Below the pieces are notes generated by a model. The model ran no database searches and had not been told where the DNA came from. It was given only the letters and a program-made list of their open reading frames with translations. Of a DNA stretch of 64,000 nucleotides, positions 1-11,215 are shown in pieces. The first letter of the stretch is position 1; every line of letters begins with the position of its first letter. The position numbers and the translations under genes are program-made. Source of the stretch: Azolla caroliniana (lineage: Eukaryota; Plantae; Polypodiophyta); NCBI GenBank assembly GCA_043228905.1, contig JBHGNT010000001.1, positions 15,128,001-15,192,000 on the forward strand, given 5' to 3'.

Positions 1-1133
1 TTTTCTTTGAGTCGACGTATTGCATACACCATTCCTTGTCCGTTAGATCACGGTCAGGAAGGTCTTCACCTCTAGTAGCTGCTACAAGTTTCTTTTGGCT
101 AACGTCATTGTGTGGTTGAGATTTTGACTCCTCGTTGAAGAGAAGCTTTTTTCTTCTCTTCATGGACTTGGGAGCTACCTTGGTATGTACTTCGATTGGA
201 GAACCCTGTATGCGAAGCTTTATTTTCTTCACGGGTCGGTCTGACAGGTTCTCAAACGACCTATTTAAGAAAGTACATGCAAAACCATAAGTTAGGTGGT
301 CACGTAGATTAAGGTTGTATATTAAAATATAAATAAGTAGATGAAGAAAGGTTCTCACTAGCAGGCGATTAGTGGTGAACTATAAATATCAATCATGCAT
401 TCAGAGTACATGGTAGTCCTATATTCAAAAATCTATTCTAGTCAGGGCTATTCAAACTAGAAAATATATATCGTAATAAGTATACAAGGTTATATATTCT
501 CTTGAAGAGGAGGTATGACTTATATTGATTCCATAACTATATTGAGGAGAATTTGCTATCATAAAGGTAATTTGTGGGTTATTTTCTACTATTTTAAGCT
601 ATAGTAGGTCATAAAACACCTATAATTAGGGCATGTTTTTCTAAAAAAGTAAGGCAAGTCAACATAAAAAGATTGATTTTGACAGATAGTTTGATATCTT
701 TTCCACACAATAATTAATTGTTGCCCCAAAAACACAAATTTTCTCTTTCAAGGCCTTCTTTTATACAGGAACTCGATACGGCGTATCGAGTTCCTGTTTA
801 AAATACAAACATAATCCAGGAACTCAACACACCTTATTGAGTTCCTATTTTAAACACAAATATTGCAAAGGAACTCGATACGCCGTATCGAGTTCCTGTT
901 TAAAACCTAAACATTAAACAGGAACTCGATATGCCGTATCGAGTTCCTGTTTAAAAAGCAAAGAAAAAATAGGAACTGGATACACCGTATCGAGTTCCTA
1001 TATAAAATTTGTACTTTATACAGGAACTCGATACGGCGTATCGAGTTCTTGAGTGACAAAACATATTTACAAAAATGTCCACAATGTCAGAGGCCTACCT
1101 GGAGTCCTCGCGCTCAATTATCTTTGAAGACAT
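1..1133 (-). CDS. 5' part of the divergent partner gene of element 1 (exon 1 1133-1099, intron 1098-261, exon 2 260-<1); probable homolog of the ParB-like/MTase gene of element 2; one apparent frameshift
   Basis: TATA (tataaatag, - strand, ~1252-1260). ATG at 1133 gives MSSKIIEREDS, and the GT..AG splice joins in frame to RSFENLSDRPVKKIKLRI. KKLVAATRGEDLPDRDLTDKEWCMQYVD weakly resembles KTLGQKSGEPYLKSYPHVEWTLIYIEE of element 2. Both genes share atcaac(c)ATG and gagcac-rich leaders. Confidence 0.6.
766..1051. repeat. Array of six 31-bp palindromes (caggaactcgatacg-N-cgtatcgagttcctg) with exact 51-bp period
   Basis: Units start at 766, 817, 868, 919, 970 and 1021. Best copies are perfect 15-1-15 inverted repeats, separated by 20-bp AT-rich, mutually similar linkers. 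Confidence 0.95.
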
Positions 1134-1963
1134 GGTTGATCGTGTGGCAGTGGAGGTGGAGATCGCGCTTTCGTGCTTCGTGCTCTGTGTGCTTTGTGTG
1201 CTCTTGTATGCTCTTTGTGTGCTCTTGTGAGTGAAATATGACGAGGTTGTCCTATTTATAGGGATTGACCACAGTGGTTAAAGTAACCATAGTCACCTTA
1301 ACCAAGGTTGGTAAGTTTGCGGTTAGTTAGTTGGTAACCACAGTCACATTAACTAGAGTAACTTATGATTGCATTAATGATTACAAAGTCAAACTAACAT
1401 ATTGATCAATCTTTTATAGTCATAACAACTTGCAATGACTTCAAAGGTCATGAAGGAGACAATGATAGAGGTTCATGAATGTACCAATGATTGATTACTA
1501 AAAGCAACATTTTTTGACTCTCAATTGCTGTGTATTAAAGATGTGGGCATGAATTAACCAATGATTGATAAGTCTAATATTTAAAATGGTGAGCATTAAA
1601 GAACCAATGAGTGAGAGGTTCTATATCAAATATGGGTGCCATTAATTAGCCAATGATTTTAACATTAATCCAACATATTTATGGCTTGGTAATGATTAGA
1701 TTTATATTATACTTGATTTAACTTCATATAGACCTAGTTTAAATAATTATTGATATTTTAAATACAATTACTATATTAAAAATAATATTTTTATGTATTG
1801 TATTAATATAATATTAAATAATATAGACATTCTATTGATTTGGCTTTTGTTTAGAGAGAATTTTATGTTTAGAGAGGAGTATATGTTTAGAGAGGAGCTT
1901 ATTAGTTTTTTGCCTTACCCTAAGCACATAACTTACAGAGCCCTATCTAGACCTTAAGCCATG

Positions 1964-2112
1964 AGTGAAGATTCACCGTTCTCGATTGAAGAATATTGTT
2001 TGTCATCAGACTCATCGTTTTCTACTGAAGAGTATTGTTTGTCGACAGACTCACCATATTCTATTGAAGAATATTGTTTGTCAATAGACTCACCATATTC
2101 TATTGAAGAATT
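1964..2112 (+). repeat. 39-bp (13-aa) tandem coding repeat at transposase N-terminus, ~4 copies
   Basis: DSPFSIEEYCLSS / DSSFSTEEYCLST / DSPYSIEEYCLSI / DSPYSIEEF. Confidence 0.9.
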
Positions 2113-3054
2113 TGTCTTAGCTCATCTTCACCTACCGGGAATGTAAATAATGACACATGTGAAGAGTTCTCTATTGAAGAATACGATATTAATAAAGATA
2201 CGGAGAATGAAGGTAGTGCCAAGGAAACATTGAATAACATTGGCGATGGTCACAACAAAGAATTAGATTGTAACAAGGTTACACCAACCTCTATGTAGGA
2301 AGAGAAATCTGGGAGCCCTATGCATATTAGAAGAATCCCACGAAGAATTCGTTTGGCTAGATTTAGCTTGGTGACATCAGATAAACAGATTGGATTTGAT
2401 GTCAAAAAAATATGTTGTGCCCGTGGTTGTATGTCTATGATTGGAAAATCAAAGTTGCGAGAATTAAGGCGATACTATTTTTCGATGACCGGTGATGAGC
2501 AAGACACTTACCTCAGGTCACATATGCAACTAGTATCTGACAAATGTACGGGGATCAAAGTATCACTCGAGTATTATATCCTCCATGCACAACAGATATG
2601 TAGAGTTGCATTCAAAATTGCGTTATGTGTTAGTAACATGCGGCTACGTAGAGTACAACAATTTCTACTTAGCGGGGATCAGATGCTCAATTGTAAAGAG
2701 ATTCCAAGTATGAAAGGTGCAATTGGAAGACATGCTATTGGTTGGATGAAAACTTACTTTCAGTTAAATTGTGAAGTAATGCCCACTATAGGTAGGATGC
2801 ACCTTTCTGATAATTATACACGTTAGGAAGTTTATGATGTCTATCGATCTGATATGTTGGGCTCACGTAATAAGTCTATCACCTATAGCCAATTCACAAG
2901 ATTATGGAGAGCTCAGTTTTCAAATGTTATCATTCCACATAAAGTACGCATGGGGTATTGCTCCATTTGTGCGAATCTTAAAAGTTTGGCTAAAGGTGCA
3001 AAGACATCAATGGAAAAGGATATGAGTAAGAAGTTACTACAAGAGCATCGTGAG

Positions 3055-3887
3055 CATGGTTGTTTACGTACCCGTATTTAACGTTTAAATACGTATAGTA
3101 CCTCATCATTTGTATAGTACGTACTATACCTCAATGTTGTTTAGTCAAATGTCATGTACATTTATCCAATACGGTATTTAACGTATTTATAAAAAAACAG
3201 GTATAATACGTATTTATAAATAAAATATAACTAAAATCCTAACAAAAAGCAAAAGAAAAAAAAGATTTTAGTGAAAACGAAGCCAAAGGAAGGAAGAAAG
3301 AAGAATAGAAGAGACGACGATGAAGAAGATGAAGAAGAAGAAGAGAGAAAAGAAGACATAAACCTGTCATGAGTGTGATAATCGCAAAAGATAGAAGAAG
3401 AAAATGAAGAAAAGAGAAACCTATCATGAGTGTGATAATCGTAGACGATTCCTCAATCTATGAAGGCATAATTGTAAATAATTACAATTTGAAGTAGAAC
3501 ATTGTGATACACACTTACACTGATTTATAGAATAAGGGAATGTCGACATCCATATTACTACAGGTAGTTTAGGATGTGAAATGTTCAAATGTCTTATATG
3601 CATTTTAGGATGCAGAACTATATTGTACATCACAAAATTGTGTAAACATAGATGTTTTTTACAATATTATAGATATTTTTTAGAAAGGTAAATAATTTTC
3701 AAATTCTAGAAGTATTTAACGTACTATACGTGAAATACGTATTTAACGTACTTTACGTATTTTATAAGTATTTAACATATTAAGAAAACGTATTTAACGT
3801 ATTTTTAAATTGGGAGGTACTATACGGGTATTAATACGTTAAATACGTATGGTATCCGTACCGTACCTAACGTACCTAACAACCTTG
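3055..3887. mobile_element. Non-autonomous hAT-type MITE inserted in the transposase
   Basis: TIR catggttgttt..cgtac / gtacctaacaaccttg; 8-bp TSD atcgtgag (3047-3054) / attgtgag (3888-3895); subterminal tacgtatt/aacgt repeats. Removal restores QEHREAQSLERKKAMHHR. Confidence 0.9.
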
Positions 3888-6096
3888 ATTGTGAGGCACA
3901 ATCGTTAGAACGAAAGAAGGCGATGCATCATAGAGAGAAGTGTTTGAAGAGGCCCGAACAATACATGTGCTTAATGATAGATGACATGGACCAGAAGAAG
4001 ACGTGCTTGCCGCATATGCGGAGGCTCCCCAAAGATGTCAATGATGAGTGCCTTGTTCAAATGCACTTGGTGGGATGCTTGGCTTATAATAGGTCAGTTG
4101 GACCTCACGTCTTCATTACATACCCCAATGTTCACAATGACCCTAACCTAACAGTTACAGTCATTCACCGAGTTTTGATGTCTTGGGGCCAACCTTTCCC
4201 CCCTGTTCTATACATTCAATTGGACAATACTGCTAGAGAGAACAAAAATTCAACTATGTTTGGCTACCTAAGTATGTTGGTCAACCAAGAATTGTTTAGG
4301 AAAGTGAAAGTCAATTTTCTTTTGGTTTGCCACACACATGACCATATAGATCAAATGTTTAGCACATTCTCCAGATAGTTGTCTCGACATGATGCTTTCA
4401 CTTTACCTAAACTATTTGATGTCATTTGTGATGCATATACACCACGCCCAAAAGTGTTACACTTGAAGGAGGTATATGACTTTAAGAGATATATATCATA
4501 TGGGGGTGGTGGGAATGTTAAAGTGCTTGCTCAGTTAAACAATATAAGTTTCAATCACATTTTCATGATAAAGAAAAATGGAATAAGTGGTTCTACACTT
4601 TTGTATGCTAAACAATATTCATCTTCTACAACATGGGAACCTGAAGGTGGTTGCCAGTTATTACTTTGTATGCCGAGTACAATTGTCCATGGAGCTAAGC
4701 AAATGCCAATTGAGAACAAAGAACAGTTGCTGAGCGACTTGGTATCAAAACAAAAACGGTCATGGCTCCAAGCCTTAGAAGAAAAAAGAAAGCATATTGA
4801 GGCCGCCAAGAAATATGCCGCACAACAAGACACGTCATGGTGGGATGTATTTTATAGTGATCAGAAAGGAATTATAGACAATTGTGTATCTGGTGATAAT
4901 TGGAATTTGGAAACGCCATTCACATGGTTGCTGCAACATGATCGCGTAAATAGAACTCCGGAGCAACTAGCAAATGCGATTAATGACAGCTTGGTCCATC
5001 CACAACAAAGAGACATTTATGTGGGACCAAGGATGACCAAAGCAGGCGAAGCTAGATGGCAAGGCAATTTGCAAGAGCTCACCGTGGGGATGTTGATTGC
5101 AACGCCAGCTGATGAGAACTCACATGGCCACCAATTTTGGGTTGGTAAAATTCTAGAAGTGCTAATGCATGAAATAGAAAACACGATCAAGTCTATAAAT
5201 GTTCATTGGTACAACACTAGAAGTGCAAATGCTTTCACAGGTAAGTATACATTGGAGATGATTGAATGCCCAACAAGAAGGGGAGGTAGGAAGAGGAAGC
5301 GAAACATTCGTAACACCTCGACCCTTGATATCTCTGATGTGGATATCATCGTGTACGACTTCACACTTACAAAAGCCAAATGATTAAGGAAGGCAACAAT
5401 AGATATAATAAAAGAAAAATTACCAGGTCTACAAGGTGGCTCGAGTCAAAGGCAAACGAGATCTGCTACATATAATCTAGCGTCAAACCATTTGGTTTAT
5501 GACGAAGATTCTGCACTGATTGGTACATCCGAGGATGACGAGGAGGAATCGTCATTGTATATTAGTTATAGTAGTGATTCTCCATAAAGGAGTGATCATG
5601 AATGTATATTTGGCTATTAAGTATAACTACATTCCGCTTGTAACAAATCGAGTAATATAAAAGCATGTGTTTTGAATTCTTATGATTTCTAGAAAATCGT
5701 TTCTTATAAAATAAGATTGGTTGTAAAGTTTGTCATATAAATTGAGAATGTAACTTTTTGAAATTCGTCTTTTTTTAGTTACTTCTAAATCACAAAAATA
5801 GTGGATTTTTAACCTTTTTCATAGTATGTTTGAACATGTATGATACTGGTATCAATGTGTTTTGTAAAATCATTGAAAGAGCCCTAAAATCAACCAAAAT
5901 TTCCCTTATCCTTCCATTTATGCGCGATCCTTCCACTTGTGAACGCGAATGTGTCTCATGTTATAGCCCTCCTTTGTCGAGATCTCATCCTTGGTAACAC
6001 CCTTCAAATCTGCTTGGCCCTTGTCGTCTGTGGTAGTGTGCTTGTTTGGCTTCTTCCTCGTGTTCACCGATCTCAATTGCTTCGACCTCCATTTAC

Positions 6097-8261
6097 TAAA
6101 GATTGCTTAATCGGGGCGGAAGTAATTATAGAAACGGACTGCCTGCCGATTCTCGGTATGGTCTCCGGATGCGCGACTCCCGACCTGGCCATGCTCAGGT
6201 GGATTGCGTACATCAAGTCCCTAAACCCGGAGATACGACACATCTCGGGTAAAGACAACGCCATGGCCGACATGCTTTCCAGAGCAAGATTCGAGGACGA
6301 GGACTGCATGGTATCGGAGAACGAAGAAGTCGGCGCAGACTTCTTCAAATTGGCAAGGATGAGGATAAAAGAGCAAATCACCCCGCCCGTGAATGAGTTC
6401 GACGAAGACGGCTACGACGGGGAGTGGCTTCTAAACGGGAAATTTCTAAAGGCAATGAAGACGGACGCCATGATGACTAAGGAGGAGGCCGAACAACTCC
6501 AAAAGAGGGCATACCGATATTTCCTACGGAACGGGAAAATCTGGAGGGTCCCGAAAAGGCGAAACGACACACCGCTCCGGGTAATAATGCGGGCGGATGA
6601 CCAACAGAAGCTAATGTCGGAGTTCCACAAGAGCCCTTTGTCTGGACACCGGGTTATGTGGGCTACATTCGAGAAGTTAAAGGAAAAACACTGGTGGCTA
6701 GGCATGTATAAGAGTGTGCACAACTTCGTGTCTACGTGCAAAAGCTACCAGATGCACTCGGTGGTTCGGCACCGCGACGAACTACAGCCGACTTAGCCTC
6801 CGACCGTGCACTTCAAGTGGATGGTTGACTTAGTGACGATGCCGATGGGCGAAGGGCAGAAGTGATACCTAGTGCTGGCTAGAGAGGACCTAACGAACCA
6901 GGTAGAGGGGCGAGCACTAATGAACAAGACCACCGCGTCAATATGTAAGTTTCTGATCGAGGATGTCATATGCCGATACAGGTGCGTGCGAAAAATCGTG
7001 GCTGACCGAGGAGAGGTAGACGCAGAAGAGGCCGAGGAACTGTTCGATCGGTTAGGTGTGAAACTGTCCCTCACAACGAAGTACAACCCAGAGGCAAACG
7101 GAAAGATTGAAGGTGGTCACGGTCCGATCGTAAAAGCCTTTGTACGCGCATGCAGAGGTCGAGTCGGCAACTGGCCGAGGATGCTCTCATACACGTTGTG
7201 GGTGGACAGAACCACCCATAGTTCAGTGATTAGGTACATGCCGGCGGAACTAATGTACGGACAGAAACCCATCATGCCCATTGAGAGAACGATCGCCTCG
7301 TGGACGGCAATCGATTGGTCTAACGAAATGAGCAGAGAAGAGCTACTAGCGGCACGAATCTGGCAACTCTAGCGAAGACCGGAAGACGTGGAATGAGCCA
7401 CGGCATGGGTGAAAGAGGCGCGGATCCGAAACAAAGCCCGGTTCGACCGAACACACCGACTCCGGCCAAGGAAGATCGAGGAAGGTGATTGGGTACTAGT
7501 CTATGACAATAGTCTCGACAAGCAGCATAGGTCTATATGTAAGTTTACGAAGCGTTGGTTCGGACCGTACATGGTAACTAGCGTCATCTCGCGGAGCTCG
7601 ACGGGACGCAAGTAGCAACTCCGGTGGTTGGGACGCGGATAAAAGCCTTCTAGAGACGGAACAAAGCAGAACCTAACCCGGGAGCCGAAAGCGCCAGTTC
7701 AGGAGAGGATGACGAGTAACCGATGGCCCGGAATCCCTCACTAAACTCGCAATATGGCACATACCACGTATACCGGTGTTCCTGCAAGTTTCACGTTGTT
7801 TCCGCGCAAGACTGTCTTTGAAAAGGGGATCGAGAGGAAAGGATACATAGAGAAAGACCGACGACTGATCACGGAAGAAGGCACTTCCCTTGCTCGTGTC
7901 AGACGCCCGAGTGCTCCCGATTGGGGGATCGACCTTCTGTGCACTGACGTCTCTTTGTACCTGGCTATTTTCCAAGCTCCGCGCTCCATCACTGGCTTTG
8001 ATCCGGTTGTAACCAATCACAACACTATGCACCTATGTTTTAATATAACTTGTTCTACCTAACATACTTTGTTCTCAGTGTCTTTGTCCGTGTCCATGTC
8101 TATGCGTGACTCTCTTACTCTCTCCCATTCGCTAGACTCTCTCCCGTGGTCTCAAGACATACGCGATCCCCAAACTCCTCCTTCCTCGCTTTCCTGATTC
8201 CTTGGTTCGAGACCCCCGTGGTCCTGCCCGACTCCTCACAACCGCGAGGATAACCTCAACA
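6097..8261 (+). mobile_element. Ty3/gypsy fragment: RNase H end, integrase (HHCC, rve, GPY) and 3' LTR remnant
   Basis: ETDCLP..GKDNAMADMLSR; H..GH..C zinc finger; WMVDLV, VADRGE, YNPEANGKIE, RWFGPY. Segment 8209-8261 matches the end of the LTR family at 10270 in reverse orientation. Confidence 0.85.
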
Positions 8262-8394
8262 CCATGTTCCTGGCCTCTTTGTAGCCCTGCCTCTTCCTCC
8301 CTTCCGGATCGGTTATTCGGAAGTCCGGCCCACCCGGTTCTCATCCGGGTCCAACCATGATTCTCTGGATTGTCGGGTCCCATTCTCTATCACC

Positions 8395-10549
8395 ACCGAT
8401 CTCTCGTATAGGACTCACGCTGGCACTCGGGCCGAGAGCCGGATCCGTGTGAGGATCTCCGTAGGACTGATCTTCGTTCTCGTCTTCATCCTCTGTACTT
8501 TTCCCGAACTCGTTGTGCTCCCGCCACCATCTTCCATCTCTTTTGGTCTCACATTGCCACGCCGGCGGAACTGCCGAAGTCTTCGGACAAGATGTGGGGT
8601 AATCGATCTTGTAACGTCTTTCGGCGACTCGTCCGGGCCACCGACCCTTTTAGAGGTGTCGGTGGAAAGCATCCACTCTGTGATCAACCAAACCCCGCCT
8701 GGGCTTGATTCTCCAATGTTCGAAGTTTCGGCTCCGACGCTGATCCAGCCAGACTCATTCTGAACCCTTGATCACCTTCCTTTCGGTTTTCGACCTTTGC
8801 CCGGTCGGTCTTTCTCCCCATGTAAAAGAGGGCAACTCGTTCCGCACCCTCTCCCGTATCGGCGCCCTCATGCCGATTCTGGCCCCGGTCGGACAATCCA
8901 CGACCGGATCGCGCTCCAACCGAATCAGAGTGTCATGTTGTCAGGTCCCCGGTCGGGTCGTTTCTTGGTTTCTTCGTCGACCTTCTCGTGAGCCATTTCC
9001 CATCCATCTTCGTTGGCATCGTGCCAGGACTCCTCGACATTGTCATCCATGTCCTTGGTCTCACATGGGCGTAAGGGCCCGAATGTCGAGTTCTCCGGAA
9101 TCGGTTCTGAGGGCTCTTGTCCGCTCCGTCCTCGTATCGTCTCGCCGGTGATTCTCGGTTTCTCACCGCCGCCTTCCTCCTCTTGGGACTCCTCTAGGCA
9201 GTCGGGCCCGACTGCCATTGTCTCGAGAGCAAGTGTCGGAAGACGCGTAGAATCGTTCGTCCTATTTACCCCCTTATGCGCAACCACCGGCTCGTCGTGG
9301 TCGGTGGTCGTCTTCTTACTGATCGCGCAAGCCCCGCCTGGGCTTGCTTCTCCAATGTCCAGAGATTCGGGCTGACGTGCCCGAAACCACCGATTCCGCG
9401 ATCGGTGTCTCGGCCTCGTCCTCGGCTGGTCTATCTCCGCAAGTCGAGAGGGCGTTTTGTTTCGCACCCTCTCCCGTGGTACCGTTGTACCGATCTCCTA
9501 CCATCTCGTGGGGCAAGTCCGCCTCCCCGGCGTTGGCTCGCAGTCTCGATCTTTCCTTTTCCTCGAGCATTGCCTCGAGAGCCACTTATGGTCCGCAATC
9601 CTGGCCCCGAAGCCGAGCCTTGCCGACTCTCTCTGCCGTTCGGCCTCTTCCCGCTGTGATGGCGCGCCATCGCACAACTTCCTTCTAGCCTTCTCGGTCG
9701 GCTCGTCATCTAGCTGTTGGCATACCCTTTCGACCTTCGACCAATCCTCCGTAAGGCCATTCGCTCCGTCCTCGTCTTCGAGCTCAATCCCGATGGCCTC
9801 CCGTTTCGCTCGGTCGAACGACCTGACGAACAATAGGACTTTATCCGCCCCCACCAAACCTTGTTCCTGCTCCAGGAGCCAAGCAAGCCGCCGCTTGAAC
9901 TCTCGGAATGCCTTCATTGCACCCCGGTGGGTCTTCGCCGATGCAACCCATTGGTCGAAGTTGCGTCATCCCCAGCTCTTTCGCCGTCCTCCATATGCCT
10001 ACAGGAGCGCCTCTACAAAGGCCTCCCACGAACAATGAGCTTCTCGGAGCTCCTTCATTTCCGCATTGTAGGCTTCCAAGTAAAATGGGACTTTGTCTCC
10101 GTTGAAACAACCGACTCTTTCGACCACTCGCTTAACCGCTTGCAGCGCCGTCTCTCGTCTTGCTGTTGCTCGTCCAAACTCCCTAACCGCTTCGACAAAA
10201 AGTTGCGCGAAGTCGTCTCCTTCCAGCTCCATCCTCCCTTGCCGCCCTTCATGTCAGGTTCACCAAATATGTCGCGGTATTCCGCGGGTACGTGTAGAAG
10301 AGGGGCGGGACCACGGGGGTCTCGGACGAGGAAGTGATGGGGTGTCAGAAGCCGACTCTCTCTCCTGTCCCGACTGCACTGGTTGTGGCGCGAACTAGAG
10401 CGAATCCGGATGCGTACCGGTGGCTACCAAATGCAAGAGAGGGAGAGAGAGAGAGAGGGAGAGAGAGAGAGAGAGAAGTCGTTGCGCCGATTCTTATACA
10501 CACACGACAAGGAGCCGTGCTCCCAACTCCACCAAATACACCGGTATGC

Positions 10550-10580
<31 letters not shown>

Positions 10581-11021
10581 ACTGGGAAATATACAACTCC
10601 GGCTTCGAGCCGGACCAAGGTAGGCTACAACAGCCGTCTACTACCAAGCCGCCGATCGGGGAGGTTACGGGCTTGTCGTGCTGAGCGGGGTGTTGCACAG
10701 GAGACCAAGCGGAAGAAAACCCTAAGCAAACACGAAGGGGAAGAAGAAGAAGAAGAAAAGATAAACAGAATACTAAACCTAACGGTATACCCTCCTACCT
10801 CAAAATGGGCACCCCCCCTTACAAGGGACCATCCCTTCCTTTTATAGAACAAGGAGAGAGATGCGTTACAATGTGGGATAAATCCCGATTTACATGGGAT
10901 CCTCTGTCCCGACTTAACTCCTATTATTCACACGTTTTTACAAGGGTAAATGCACATGGTGCACACCTCCGATTCTCCCGATATTCTTCGATTCCGCCTA
11001 GGGACGGTTTTCTCCACGACA
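8395..11021 (-). mobile_element. Ty3/gypsy 5' half: 5' LTR (10270-11021), tRNA-Trp PBS, decayed gag
   Basis: LTR tgtcg...cgaca. PBS TGGTGAACCTGACATG (- strand, ~10250-10265) is close to the tRNA-Trp complement TGGTGAACCCGACGTG. gag VGCFNGDKVPFYLEAY. Confidence 0.8.
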
Positions 11022-11215
11022 ACGTGCAACACATTCATGAGTTTCCCTTTCTGCCGGATGTGGCTAAGGGGAACTTCACCGACATGTTCAATGGTATGCA
11101 GAGTGTCGTCTCCAATTTCGACCACTCCTTGCTTTTCCGGTTTCTCCAAGTACGAGAACCATTCATCATGACTCTTCATATGATTCGATGCTCTAGAATC
11201 AACATACCACACCGC
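11022..11215 (-). pseudogene. Ty1/copia protease fragment
   Basis: WYVDSRASNHM...KLMNVLHV, interrupted by the gypsy LTR. Confidence 0.8.

Larger units (their letters stand above)
1961..5587 (+). pseudogene. Sola1/DUF7869-like DDD transposase (frameshifts, stops, MITE insertion)
   Basis: Motifs IDDMDQKKT, QLDNTARENKN and FLLV(C)HTHDHIDQMFS; Cys clusters CCARGC, ICRVAF and CSICANL; C-terminal FWVGKI..VHWY domain and RKRKR. Collinear with 29104-31837. Confidence 0.8.
1..5950. mobile_element. Sola1/DUF7869-like DNA transposon, member 1 (left end outside window; right end approximate), two divergent genes
   Basis: Transposase on + (1961-5587) is homologous to the one in the TIR/TSD-bounded element at 28819-36166. 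A divergent spliced gene on - starts at 1133, giving the same head-to-head layout. Right terminus not fixed. Confidence 0.75.

Noticed and set aside
766-1051. CRISPR array
   Set aside because: Linkers are only 20 bp, AT-rich and similar to each other. There are no cas genes, and the array lies in a spliceosomal intron of a eukaryotic TE.
1961-5587. CACTA, hAT, Mutator, Helitron or Replitron assignment of the transposase
   Set aside because: Element 2 has a 4-bp TSD and AACAC ends, and there are no HUH or helicase motifs. The D..DNxxxxNKN..GHT.D pattern fits Sola1/DUF7869 better.
8400-10400. Many overlapping ORFs on both strands as novel genes
   Set aside because: They are shadow ORFs of a GC-rich, frameshifted gypsy gag.
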